From an uncultured virus (IMG/VR IMGVR_UViG_2061766007_004269) (taxonomy: Duplodnaviria > Heunggongvirae > Uroviricota > Caudoviricetes): 37,057 nucleotides of DNA. The notes below the pieces were generated by a model that worked only from the letters and a program-made list of their open reading frames with translations, did not search any database and was not told where the DNA came from. The stretch lies in IMG/VR virus record IMGVR_UViG_2061766007_004269. One strand, given 5' to 3'. The first letter of the stretch is position 1. Each line of letters starts with the position of its first letter. Made by a program: the position numbers and the translations under genes. Positions 1 to 9,800 of this stretch are shown in pieces.

Positions 1-1211
1 GCTGTTGGCGAAGCGCTTCAGCAATTCGCCGATCAGGGGATCACAGGCTTCATCGACCGGGGCGGGCATCACTGGACGCTGGAAAACTACGCTGAGATGG
101 CCGTGCTGACCGCCGTCGAGCGGGCCACGGTGTCCGGGTATGTGGACACGATGCAATCCTACGGCTACNNNNNNNNNNNNNNNNNNNNNNNNNNNNNNNN
201 NNNNNNNNNNNNNNNNNNNNNNNNNNNNNNGATCGTCTCCGTTTCCGGGAACGATCCCAACTATCCTTCCCTCAGTGACGCGGAGAACGCCGGGTGCTTC
301 CATCCTCGCTGTATGCACGGGATCCATACGTACTATGAGGGCATTACCCACACGCCCAAAGATGGGTTCCGGGATGAACCGCGTCCCGTGCGTCCTGCGT
401 CGAANNNNNNNNNNNNNNNNNNNNNNNNAACGGATGGCGCAGAAATACCGGGATCGGGCCCTGGTAGCGCAGACGCCCCAGCAGAAGGCCCAGGCAAATA
501 ATAAGGCCAGGGAGTGGAGCGCAGCTGCAAGCCGTCTGAATAAAAAGCAGTTTGTGCCTACTCAAGAATGGGATCAGTACAAATCCACTGTTCGGGCCGG
601 CGTGAGAGAAGTGGACAAACCATCGGAAGAAGTCCAGCGTGCAGTTGGGGATACGCTGAGACGTATATTCGATGACTGGCCANNNNNNNNNNNNNNNNNN
701 NNNNNNNNNNNNNNNGAAGTGCTGTACGGCTATGATGACCAAGGCGCTTTTGCCGCATCGCGGGTTGACGGGAAAGTCATTCTGCTGGATGCAAAGCACT
801 TTTCGACGCAAAAGAATCTCTCTAAGCTTTTCCTTCAATCAGTTGCCGCCGGTGATACTGTCAATGCAAGCAACCCAATGTTCGTGGTGGCCCACGAATG
901 CGGGCATTGTCTGGAAAACATGGTTGCAATGCAGCGGGCTGGCGTGTCCGCGATCCAGACATGGACGGATANNNNNNNNNNNNNNNNNNNNNNNNNNNNN
1001 NNNNNNGATCGAATACTACCAGCACATGGGGTTTAGTGACAAGATGGGATACGCTGATATTATCAACACAGTTGGAGCGGAGATGGGAAATATCGGCAAG
1101 CAGAATGGCTCGGAAATGCTTGCACAATCCTTCGCTTTGCAGTATTATGGGGAAGGAAACCATGAACATGCTGACGCCCTGATCGATTATTTCAAGTCGC
1201 AGGTGAGGTGA
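1..1211 (+). CDS. Phage minor capsid protein (Phage_min_cap2-like, 5' truncated) with C-terminal HExxH zinc-metallopeptidase-like extension
   Basis: Frame from base 1 reads GITGFIDRGGHHWTLENYAEMA...YPSLSDAENAGCFHPRCMH, typical of this family. Later segments, joined across N gaps, carry VVAHECGH (HExxH at 893-907) and SEMLAQSFA. Stop TGA at 1209-1211. Confidence 0.75.
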
Positions 1212-1215
1212 GAAA

Positions 1216-1401
1216 ATGCGTTATCCGAGTAAATCCCCCTATCCTTACGTGAAAATCGGCGACTATTCCATTCTTCCAGACGGATCGGTTCTGATCTTAA
1301 ATCAAGATTTGCCTGAAGAGATCAAGAAACGTCTGTTAGCCGATATAAAAAAGGACGAGGAAGAAAAAGCTCGTCGGAAAGAAATCCTATCCTTCGAATG
1401 A
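1216..1401 (+). CDS. Small hypothetical protein (61 aa), possible partner/immunity gene of the upstream HExxH domain
   Basis: ORF with RBS-like GAGGTG, starting 4 nt after the upstream stop and followed by a terminator. Confidence 0.6.
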   Translation: MRYPSKSPYPYVKIGDYSILPDGSVLILNQDLPEEIKKRLLADIKKDEEEKARRKEILSFE

Positions 1402-1403
1402 TT

Positions 1404-1431
1404 ACCGCCCACAAACATGTGAGGCGGTTTT
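1404..1431 (+). terminator. Intrinsic terminator
   Basis: ACCGCC...GGCGGT stem followed by a T run. Confidence 0.6.
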
Positions 1432-1467
1432 CATATGCCCATTTTTGCATGAAAGGAGCTGACCAAC

Positions 1468-1710
1468 ATGGCCACCAAAAGCAAAGCGGCGGCGATCCCG
1501 CCCGATGAAGTCACCGTACCCCGCAGCGTGCTCAGGCAGTTCGTATCCCTGGTGGAAGGGCTGGAACAGGCGGAAAACGCATACAAGAGCTGTCAGTCGA
1601 CCCAGTTCCGCGACTATGCCCGGGGAGCGTTCAGAGCCCCCAATGTGCTGAAAGCGGCAGATCAGGCCAGACAGGCGCTGGCGGCGGGAGAACCGGCTGA
1701 AGCCGAGTGA
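1468..1710 (+). CDS. Hypothetical protein (80 aa)
   Basis: ORF with strong RBS GAAAGGAG. Confidence 0.65.
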   Translation: MATKSKAAAIPPDEVTVPRSVLRQFVSLVEGLEQAENAYKSCQSTQFRDYARGAFRAPNVLKAADQARQALAAGEPAEAE

Positions 1711-1842
1711 NNNNNNNNNNNNNNNNNNNNNNNNNNNNNNNNNNNNNNNNNNNNNNNNNNNNNNNNNNNNTGTTGCCCGCCGGGGAGGCTATACCCCGGA
1801 CTTCAAAGCAGGAAGGGACCTGCCAAAAAAACCGAAGGAGGA

Positions 1843-2421
1843 ATGTTTATGGATGTATCTACACTGAAAGCCCATCTTGGCGACGATCTGTTCGCTCAGG
1901 TTGAAGCCGCGCTCAAAGACGTGGATGGTCTGACCATCATCGCCACAAACGATGGTTCCTGGCTTCCCAAAACAAGACTTGACGAAGAGCGGAAAAGCCT
2001 CAAGGGAACCATCGCCACCCTGACCCAGCAGCTGGCGGAGGCAAAGAAAGCCGGCGATAGCGCCGCCGCCCTTCAGACCACCGTCGATTCCCTGACCCAG
2101 CAGGTCAAGGACCGTGACGCCACTATCACTGGCATGAAACGCTCCGGCAAGATCCAGGATGCGCTTCGTAAAGCCAAAGCGCGTGACGCTGCCGTGGTTG
2201 AAAAGCTGCTGGACGCTTCCAAAATCGGCGAGGATGACAAGGGCAACCTGACCGGCNNNNNNNNNNNNNNNNNNNNNNNNNNNNNNNNNNNNNNNNNNNN
2301 NNNNNNNNNNNNNNNNNNNNNNNNNNNNNNNNNNNNNNNCGCCGGAAAAGGCGGCAGTAACAACAGCAATGCGGAAGTCAACTCCGCCATCAGGGCGGCG
2401 TTCGGCTTCACGCAGGAATAA
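1843..2421 (+). CDS. Capsid scaffolding protein (Phage GP20-like)
   Basis: RBS GGAGG, WLPKTRLDE motif, coiled-coil region, located directly upstream of the major capsid gene. Confidence 0.8.
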   Translation: MFMDVSTLKAHLGDDLFAQVEAALKDVDGLTIIATNDGSWLPKTRLDEERKSLKGTIATLTQQLAEAKKAGDSAAALQTTVDSLTQQVKDRDATITGMKRSGKIQDALRKAKARDAAVVEKLLDASKIGEDDKGNLTGXXXXXXXXXXXXXXXXXXXXXXXXXXXXAGKGGSNNSNAEVNSAIRAAFGFTQE

Positions 2422-2489
2422 CCCACAAGGAGCAAACCGCAGGTTTGTGACGCGGAACGNNNNNNNNNNNNNNNNNNNNNNNNNNNNNN

Positions 2490-3655
2490 NNNNNNNNNNN
2501 NNNNNATTGATCGCAGCGGCGCGGAAGTCCTCATCCCCGAGGAGAAATCGCGTGAGATCCTTCAGTCTGTCCCCGAAAGCTCTATCTCCATGCGGCTGAT
2601 GCGCCGCCTGCCGGATATGAGCTCTAAGACCCGCGTCCTCCCCGTGCTGGCGTCCCTGCCCATGGCGTACTTCGNNNNNNNNNNNNNNNNNNNNNNNNNN
2701 NNNNNNNNNNNNNNNNNNNNNNNNNNNNNNNNNNNNNNNNNCGTGAAGATCCACGCCGAGGAAATCGCCTGCATCGTGCCCATTCCCCAGAACGTGCTGG
2801 ATGACAGCGATTACGATATCTGGGGCAACGTGAGCCCCCGCATCCGNNNNNNNNNNNNNNNNNNNNNNNNNNNNNNNNNNNNNNNNNNNNNNNNNNNNNN
2901 NNNNNNNNNNNNNNNNNNNNNNNNNNNNNNNNNNNNNNNNNNNNNNNNNNNNNNNNNNNNNNNNNNNNNNNNNNTCAAGATGCGCTCCATCCTGCGCGGC
3001 ACTGTGGACAACAACGGTCTGCCCATCTTCGGCCGCGCGGCTTATCAGCAGGGTGTGCAGGGCCGCAGTGTCTACGAGCTGGACGGCTCCGAAGCCATCT
3101 TCCCCAAGAGCGAAATCATGGATCCCGAAGNNNNNNNNNNNNNNNNNNNNNNNNNNNNNNNNNNNNNNNNNNNNNNNNNNNNNNNNNNNNNNNNNNNNNN
3201 NNNGCGACAAGAGCATCGTCTATAACCTGGCTCAGCAGGATATGGTGGCTCTGCGCGTGGTGTTCCGCGCCGGCTGGGCGCTGCCCAACCCCATCAACCG
3301 CGTGAACAGCACCAAGGCCACCCGGTATCCCTTCGCCGTGCTGAAGCCTTCCAGCCTGGTCGCCATCGAAAGCGCGCGGTACAACGTGACCCAGCCCGCC
3401 AAGGCTGGCACGCCTCAGTCCTCTCATGATTCCGGCACCGGCTACACCGCCGCCATCACCTGGGCTCCCGCNNNNNNNNNNNNNNNNNNNNNNNNNNNNN
3501 NNNNNNNNNNNNNNNNNNNNNNNNNNNNNNNNNNNNNNNNNNNNNNNNNNNNNNNNNNNNNNNNNNNNNNNNNNNNNNNNNNNNNNNNNNNNNNNNNNNN
3601 NNNNNNNNNNACCAAGGTCACCATCGAAGTCAAGTACGTGGCGACCGCCGCCTGA
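2490..3655 (+). CDS. Major capsid protein (HK97 fold) with about 100-aa C-terminal extension; start hidden in N gap
   Basis: [18 protein letters not shown]..., [41 protein letters not shown]...YPFAVL; frames joined across gaps. Confidence 0.85.
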
Positions 3656-3663
3656 TCCATGCC

Positions 3664-3697
3664 GGACGGGCTGTTCTGATCACTGGGCAGCCCGTCC
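3664..3697 (+). terminator. Stem-loop after major capsid gene
   Basis: GGACGGGCTG / CAGCCCGTCC perfect 10-bp inverted repeat. There is no U tract, so it may be a transcript stabiliser or a weak terminator. Confidence 0.45.
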
Positions 3698-3727
3698 ACT
3701 GCGGATGCAAGACGGGAGGTGACCACA

Positions 3728-4000
3728 ATGAAAATCAGACTGACAAAGCCTGTCGTACAGTTCGGGCGGATCATTCCTTCCGGCGTGATCCTTTCAAACG
3801 CTCCCCTGGAATTCATGCGGAAGCTGGTAGCCGAAGGACGAGCGGAACGGGTGGACGGCGCAAAACAGCCTGACGGCCTCTCTGCGGCCCCTGCAAGCGA
3901 GGATATAGGGAAAACTGCCCAGCAAGGCGGAGAGTCCAGAAAGCCTGTTGCAACCGCCCCAAAAGGGAAACCAGAGAGAAAGCGGGCCGTGCAAAGGAAG
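3728..4000 (+). CDS. Hypothetical phage protein (end in N gap)
   Basis: RBS GGGAGGT, ATG at 3728, MKIRLTKPVVQFGRIIP... Confidence 0.6.
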
Positions 4001-4009
4001 NNNNNNNNN

Positions 4010-4367
4010 NNNNNNNNNNNNNNNNNNNNNNTCCTGGACGGGAACCGCCACCCAAAGCGAAACCGCGCTGATGGAAGAGCAGGTCCGGCTGTTCATTTTT
4101 CCGAACAAAGCGAAAACGGACGCGGAGGTGACCGCTTTCAACCAGGCCGTCGCGTTTCAGATCGCGCATGAGAAAAGCAGACAGGACCAGTACGGGCAGA
4201 TTCCGGACGGCGTAACGTCGTTCAAGATCGGCGACTTTTCCATGACGTTCGGCGAAGGCAGCAACAAAAGCGGGCTGACGCAAGCGAATATCTGCCCCGC
4301 GGCCTATTCCGTGCTGCTTCGCGCAGGGCTTCTCTATCGCGGGCTTCCGAGGACGGTGAGCGAATGA
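4010..4367 (+). CDS. Head-tail connector/adaptor protein (start in N gap)
   Basis: AFNQAVAFQIAHE...GVTSFKIGDFSMTF...AYSVLLRAGLLYRG, a characteristic adaptor C-terminus; synteny. Confidence 0.7.
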
Positions 4368-4678
4368 GCATGATCAATTTTCTTCTGCGGCAGACCGCAA
4401 CGATCCAGCCGTGGGTGAGATATGCCAACGGCAAAGATATCTACGGAGAAGCGGAAGAAAGAAAGTGCCGCATTCAGCGCACCCGCGATCTGGAGCACAC
4501 CTATAAGAATCCTGCAGGCAGCCTGGATCAGGTTTTGGCCAGGGCCAAAATGTTCTGCACCGGCGATCCGATTCCTGAGCGCTCCAAGGTAACCGTTGAC
4601 GGGCTGGAATACATCGTCCTGGAATGCTACCGGGCGCACGGATTCGCAGAGGATCATCTGGAAGTGATGCTGCAATGA
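4364..4678 (+). CDS. Head closure-like protein
   Basis: 104-aa ORF with ATGA overlaps on both sides, beta-rich, ends HLEVMLQ; synteny. Confidence 0.65.
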   Translation: MSMINFLLRQTATIQPWVRYANGKDIYGEAEERKCRIQRTRDLEHTYKNPAGSLDQVLARAKMFCTGDPIPERSKVTVDGLEYIVLECYRAHGFAEDHLEVMLQ

Positions 4679-5034
4679 GCAAAGGGTTCAAGCTCGATGT
4701 CCGTCTGGACAGGGCCAAAATCAAAAATATCACGCAGCAGTGCTCCAAGAAGGGCACCTGGTCGGCCCTGGACCATCTGGCGGCTGTCAGCAAAGAACAG
4801 GTGCCGCTGGATCAGGGGCCTTTGAAGAATTCCTGCTATGTGGACGTGGCCGACGACGGGAGCAGCGGGACGGTATCGTATGATACGCCNNNNNNNNNNN
4901 NNNNNNNNNNNNNNNNNTTCCAGCATCAGCGCGGCCGCAAGGCGAAATACCTGGAGGATCCGGCGAACGATTCCTCGGTGCTGAATGAAATGCAGCAGCT
5001 CATGAAACGGGCGTTTGAAGAAAAGATGGGGTGA
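4675..5034 (+). CDS. HK97 gp10-like / minor capsid neck protein
   Basis: VPLDQGPLKNS...VSYDT...GRKAKYLEDP motifs; synteny. Confidence 0.7.
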   Translation: MSKGFKLDVRLDRAKIKNITQQCSKKGTWSALDHLAAVSKEQVPLDQGPLKNSCYVDVADDGSSGTVSYDTXXXXXXXXXXFQHQRGRKAKYLEDPANDSSVLNEMQQLMKRAFEEKMG

Positions 5035-5039
5035 TGGCG

Positions 5040-5382
5040 ATGAATCTTTTGGAGGAGCTGGCGCGCCATCTGGAATTCTGTGGTTTTGGCATCGTGGCCG
5101 ATGNNNNNNNNNNNNNNNNNNNNNNNNNNNNNNNNNNNNNNNNNNNNNNNNNNNNNNNNNNNNNNNNNNNNNNNNNNNNNNNNNNNNNNNNNNNNNNNNN
5201 NNNNNNNNNNNNNNNNNNCCAGGAAACCAAATCCGCCTATGAACTGTCCTACAGTATTGCTCAGGAGCTGGACGATTTCAACGGCTTTCTGGGCGGGGAT
5301 GGCCGGCAGGTGATCATCGAGATCACGAATGCCGCCACGGGCCTTNNNNNNNNNNNNNNNNNCAGTTAAATACTGCAACTGA
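5040..5382 (+). CDS. Tail terminator-like protein
   Basis: MNLLEELARHLE...; ends VKYCN-TGA at 5382 across a gap; lies just before the major tail gene. Confidence 0.6.
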
Positions 5383-5396
5383 GAGGAGTGAAGAAT

Positions 5397-6146
5397 ATGT
5401 CTAAAGGACGTAAAAAGGGATGCCCGGTAAACATTCGCAACTGGCTGGTGGAGATTCTCGATGTTGCCACCAATGCGTATGTCAGAATCTACGGCCTGAC
5501 CAGCATGACCGCCTCCACGGACAGCAGCACCGAGGACGGTTCCGCTGAAACCGATGTGTGGGAAGAGCCGTATGTCACCAAACGCAGCGGCAAGATTTCG
5601 CTGGAAGGCAAGGAAGTCGTCACCGAAAGCACCGGCGCGATTGATGCTGGGCAGGAAATTCTCACCAGCTACGCCGAACTGTCCGGCTGTGAAGCCGACG
5701 CCACGCTGCGCTTCACTGATCCCTACGGCCACTGCTGGGTTGGCGATTACATCGTCANNNNNNNNNNNNNNNNNNNNNNNNNNNNNNNNNNNNNNNNCGG
5801 GTCCGAATCCTGGGATCTGTCCCAGGTGGGCGAAATCGAAGTGCAGCCCTATGTCAGCGTTTCCTCTGTCGCCCTGAAGGATGGATCGACGGCGCTGGAC
5901 GGTACGCTGTCCATCGCCGAAGGCTCTGTCGCCAAGATCATCAGCGTCGTTTTCACGCCCGAGACTTCCAGCAACAAGCGCTTCAAGGTGACCAACACCA
6001 AGAAGAGCGTCGCCATCGTCAGTGGGATCACCGAGGACAGTTTCACCGTCACCCCTGTCGCTCCCGGCACCACCAACATCACTGTGACCAGCATCAACGG
6101 CACGAAGACCGTGACGCTGGCTGTGACCGTCACTGCCGCCGCCTGA
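5397..6146 (+). CDS. Major tail (tube) protein with C-terminal Ig-like (Big_2-type) domain
   Basis: RBS GAGGAG. C-terminus VVFTPETSSNK...VTPVAPGTTNITVTSINGTKTVTLAVTV is Ig-like; synteny. Confidence 0.8.
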   Translation: MSKGRKKGCPVNIRNWLVEILDVATNAYVRIYGLTSMTASTDSSTEDGSAETDVWEEPYVTKRSGKISLEGKEVVTESTGAIDAGQEILTSYAELSGCEADATLRFTDPYGHCWVGDYIVXXXXXXXXXXXXXXGSESWDLSQVGEIEVQPYVSVSSVALKDGSTALDGTLSIAEGSVAKIISVVFTPETSSNKRFKVTNTKKSVAIVSGITEDSFTVTPVAPGTTNITVTSINGTKTVTLAVTVTAAA

Positions 6147-6220
6147 TAACTCATTCAGAAGATTCGGGGATGCTNNNNNNNNNNNNNNNNNNNNNNNNNN
6201 NNNNNNNNNNNNNNNAACTC

Positions 6221-6598
6221 ATGAAGGTACTGAATTTTGACCAGTTCATGCAGGAAAAGAACCACGAAATGATCAAGGTGACTGTTCTCGGCAAAGAGTA
6301 TGAGATCAAGGCAGAAATCCCCGCCATCGTGCCGGTGATGATGGCCCGCGCCGAAAACGCCAACGACAACCAGCTCGCCACCAAAATGGTCATGCGGGCT
6401 GCTGACGCCATGTTTGGCTCTTCCTCCGTTGATGATATGTGCAACAATGGGCTGACCGCGAACAACCTCGCCGATCTTGTCCAGCGCGTTTTTGAAACCA
6501 TCCAGAATGGCAGCGCTGACGAGGAAGAAGGCCAGGAACTGTCTGATGAGGACAGCCGCAAGCCCGTTGACAAAGGCACAGGGAACGGAAAAAAGTAA
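6221..6598 (+). CDS. Tail assembly chaperone (gpG-like)
   Basis: Between tail tube and TMP; ends GGA AAA AAG TAA. Confidence 0.75.
   Translation: MKVLNFDQFMQEKNHEMIKVTVLGKEYEIKAEIPAIVPVMMARAENANDNQLATKMVMRAADAMFGSSSVDDMCNNGLTANNLADLVQRVFETIQNGSADEEEGQELSDEDSRKPVDKGTGNGKK
6589..6595 (+). other. Programmed -1 ribosomal frameshift slippery site A_AAA_AAG
   Basis: X_XXY_YYZ heptamer in the correct phase. The -1 frame continues GTA AAC ATG into ORF 6601-6843. Confidence 0.8.
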
Positions 6599-6600
6599 AC

Positions 6601-6843
6601 ATGCTCCATATCTGGGACGCGATAGAGGCTGATTTTCTGCGTGACTATCGCATCGTACTTATGGAGCAGATCGAATCTATGACATGGCGGTATTTTCTCG
6701 TGTTGCTCAACAACCTGTCCCCATACGGGGCGGTTGCAATGCGGATAAGAGCCGCCAACGACAAACCGGAAAATTCTGAATCAGGCAGCAATGACGACGA
6801 GAAGGACGCGAACCAGTTCTTCTCGTCGCTTCTTTCTGTATAA
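6601..6843 (+). CDS. Tail chaperone gpGT C-terminal part (Gp15-like)
   Basis: WDAIEADFLRDYRI motif; in the -1 frame relative to the upstream chaperone, with no obvious RBS. Confidence 0.75.
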   Translation: MLHIWDAIEADFLRDYRIVLMEQIESMTWRYFLVLLNNLSPYGAVAMRIRAANDKPENSESGSNDDEKDANQFFSSLLSV

Positions 6844-6860
6844 GCAAGGGGGGCGGTATT

Positions 6861-9800
6861 ATGGCACTGAAAGTCGGTGAGCTGTTTGCATCTTTCAGTA
6901 TTGATTCCTCTGATCTTAACAGCTCAATGAACAAAATCACGCAGCAGTGCGATAGTATCGGTAAATCCATGATGGCGTCCGGCGTTGCGCTCTCCGCCGC
7001 AGTCACGGCTCCGATAGTCAAGGCTGCGAAAGATATGTACACCGCCGGAACCGAATTTGAAGCGCAGATGTCCAGGGTGCAGGCCATCGCGGGGCTGGAC
7101 AGCGCCATTACTGCCGACGCCGCGGCCATCGAAGATCTGACCCAGAAAGCCCTTTACATGGGCAGCACGACTGAATGGACAGCCAAGCAGGCCGGTGAAG
7201 GGCTTGAATACNNNNNNNNNNNNNNNNNNNNNNNNNNNNNNNNNNNNNNNNNNNNNNNNNNNNNNNNNNNNNNNNNNNNNNNNNNNNNNNNNNNNNNNNN
7301 NNNNNNNNNNNNNNNNNNNNNNNNNNNNNNNNNNNNNNNNNNNNNNNNNNNNNNNNNNNNNNNNNNNNNNNNNNNNNNNNNNNNNNNNNNNNNNNNNNNN
7401 NNNNNNNNNNNNNNNNNNNNNNNNNNNNNNNNNNNNNNNNNNNNNNNNNNNNNNNNNNNNNNNNNNNNNNNNNNNNNNNNNNNNNNNNNNNNNNNNNNNN
7501 NNNNNNNNNNNNNNNNNNNNNNNNNNNNNNNNNNNNNNNNNNNNNNNNNNNNNNNNNNNNNNNNNNNNNNNNNNNNNNNNNNNNNNNNNNNNNNNNNNNN
7601 NNNNNNNNNNNNNNNNNNNNNNNNNNNNNNNNNNNNNNNNNNNNNNNNNNNNNNNNNNNNNNNNNNNNNNNNNNNNNNNNNNNNNNNNNNNNNNNNNNNN
7701 NNNNNNNNNNNNNNNNNNNNNNNNNNNNNNNNNNNNNNNNNNNNNNNNNNNNNNNNNNNNNNNNNNNNNNNNNNNNNNNNNNNNNNNNNNNNNNNNNNNN
7801 NNNNNNNNNNNNNNNNNNNNNNNNNNNNNNNNNNNNNNNNNNNNNNNNNNNNNNNNNNNNNNNNNNNNNNNNNNNNNNNNNNNNNNNNNNNNNNNNNNNN
7901 NNNNNNNNNNNNNNNNNNNNNNNNNNNNNNNNNNNNNNNNNNNNNNNNNNNNNNNNNNNNNNNNNNNNNNNNNNNNNNNNNNNNNNNNNNNNNNNNNNNN
8001 NNNNNNNNNNNNNNNNNNNNNNNNNNNNNNNNNNNNNNNNNNNNNNNNNNNNNNNNNNNNNNNNNNNNNNNNNNNNNNAAATCCTTCTCCGAAGTGATGG
8101 GCGATCTGCGAAAGGCCGCAGCCGAAAGCGGCTTCGACATGCAGGCGCTCAACGCGCAGGTGTCCGTGCTGGATGAACAATTGGCCGCCGGAACCATCAC
8201 CCAGGAGCAGTACGACACGCGGGTGCGGGCGATGACGGAGGGCAACGGCGAATTCCTGAAATCCATTTCCGATCNNNNNNNNNNNNNNNNNNNNNNNNNN
8301 NNNGAGGAAGACTTCAACAATCTGGTCGATTCCATCTACGATTGCAAAGGCGCTACCGACAAGATGTCGGCCACCATGCTGAAAAACGCGAAAGGCGCTG
8401 TCACCAAATTCAAGTCTGCTGTGGAGGGCCTTGAAATCACACTGTGGAGGCTGTGCAGCGAATCCTTCACAAACATTGTCACCGGCGCGACGGACATCAT
8501 CACCAAGTTTCAGGCGCTGGACAGCGAAACGCAGCTGACGGCCATGAAGTTCGCCGGGCTTGCCGCCGCAGCTGGCCCAGTATTGATTGCAGGTGGGAAA
8601 CTCATTCAGTCGTTGCCTGCCATAACGAAAGGAATCGCCGCAATGGCAAGCCCACTCGGTGTTGTTACCGCAGGACTTGCCCTTTTTGCGGTTGCAGCAA
8701 TCGACACCAACAACACGGTCGGGACAGCGTTTGAAAGCCTTGCGTCGAACGTGAAAACGTCGATGCATGATTTCAACCAGTCCATTTCCGAAAAGATGGA
8801 AAACGTTTCCGGGCGAATGGGCGCTCTGTGCGATTCAATCGTAAATGGGCTGAATGACATCATCCCGGAAACCGTTACAACCGTCAGCCTGCTGATCGAA
8901 GGCTTCATGAAATCCATTTCCGACAATGCAGGAAATATTGCTGAGATCGGGAAAACGGTCATCATCGGGATACTCGACGGAATCACTGACAACCTGCCTC
9001 AGCTTGTTCCGGCTGTTGCAGAGATGGTAGCCAACATTGACACTGCCCTGATCGACAACTTCCCTGACTTTGTTGCGGCTGTCGGCAGACTGTACTTGGC
9101 GTTTATGGAAGGTGTCAAGAACACTGACTGGATCAGCCTTGGACAGAAGATCCTCGATTCGATCGAAACTGCCATAGCCGGTCTGACTGACATTCTTCAG
9201 AAATGGTTCGATAACGCATCAGCATTTGTCGGAACGCTGGACTGGGCTGGTATTGGCACAAAGATGATCGATATGATACTCACGTCATCTGTCAATATCG
9301 CAACAACTGTTGGAACGTTCCTGACAAACATCATTAACGGTATCAGCGGATACACCGGCTGGACTTCCTTCGCCACTCAGTTCAGCACAGTTGCCAGCAA
9401 ACTGATCAGCGGTATTGCCGATGCAATCCCTCAGCTTACTGATGTTGTTATTAGTATTATCACCGCCATTGGCGATGCATTGTCCGGAGAAGGGGTTGAA
9501 TCCCTCTACACATCTTTCCAAACGCTGTCCCTTGCCGTTGTGAACGGCATTTCCGAAGCAATCCCAAAAGTTACAGGAAGCGCATCGAAAATCATTACCG
9601 CAATAGCCAGCTTGCTCAACGGGATCGAATGGGACAATGCTGTAGAAACTGCTACGACCATTGGCAACGCGATAGTCGATATGCTCGTAGTGGGCATAAA
9701 AAGCGCGTCCGGTATGTCCGTTTCGATCGTTGAAGCGATAGGCTCAATGTTTGGAGAAGAAGGCATTGCCACAAAGCTTGTAACCGCTGCCGGGACGATC

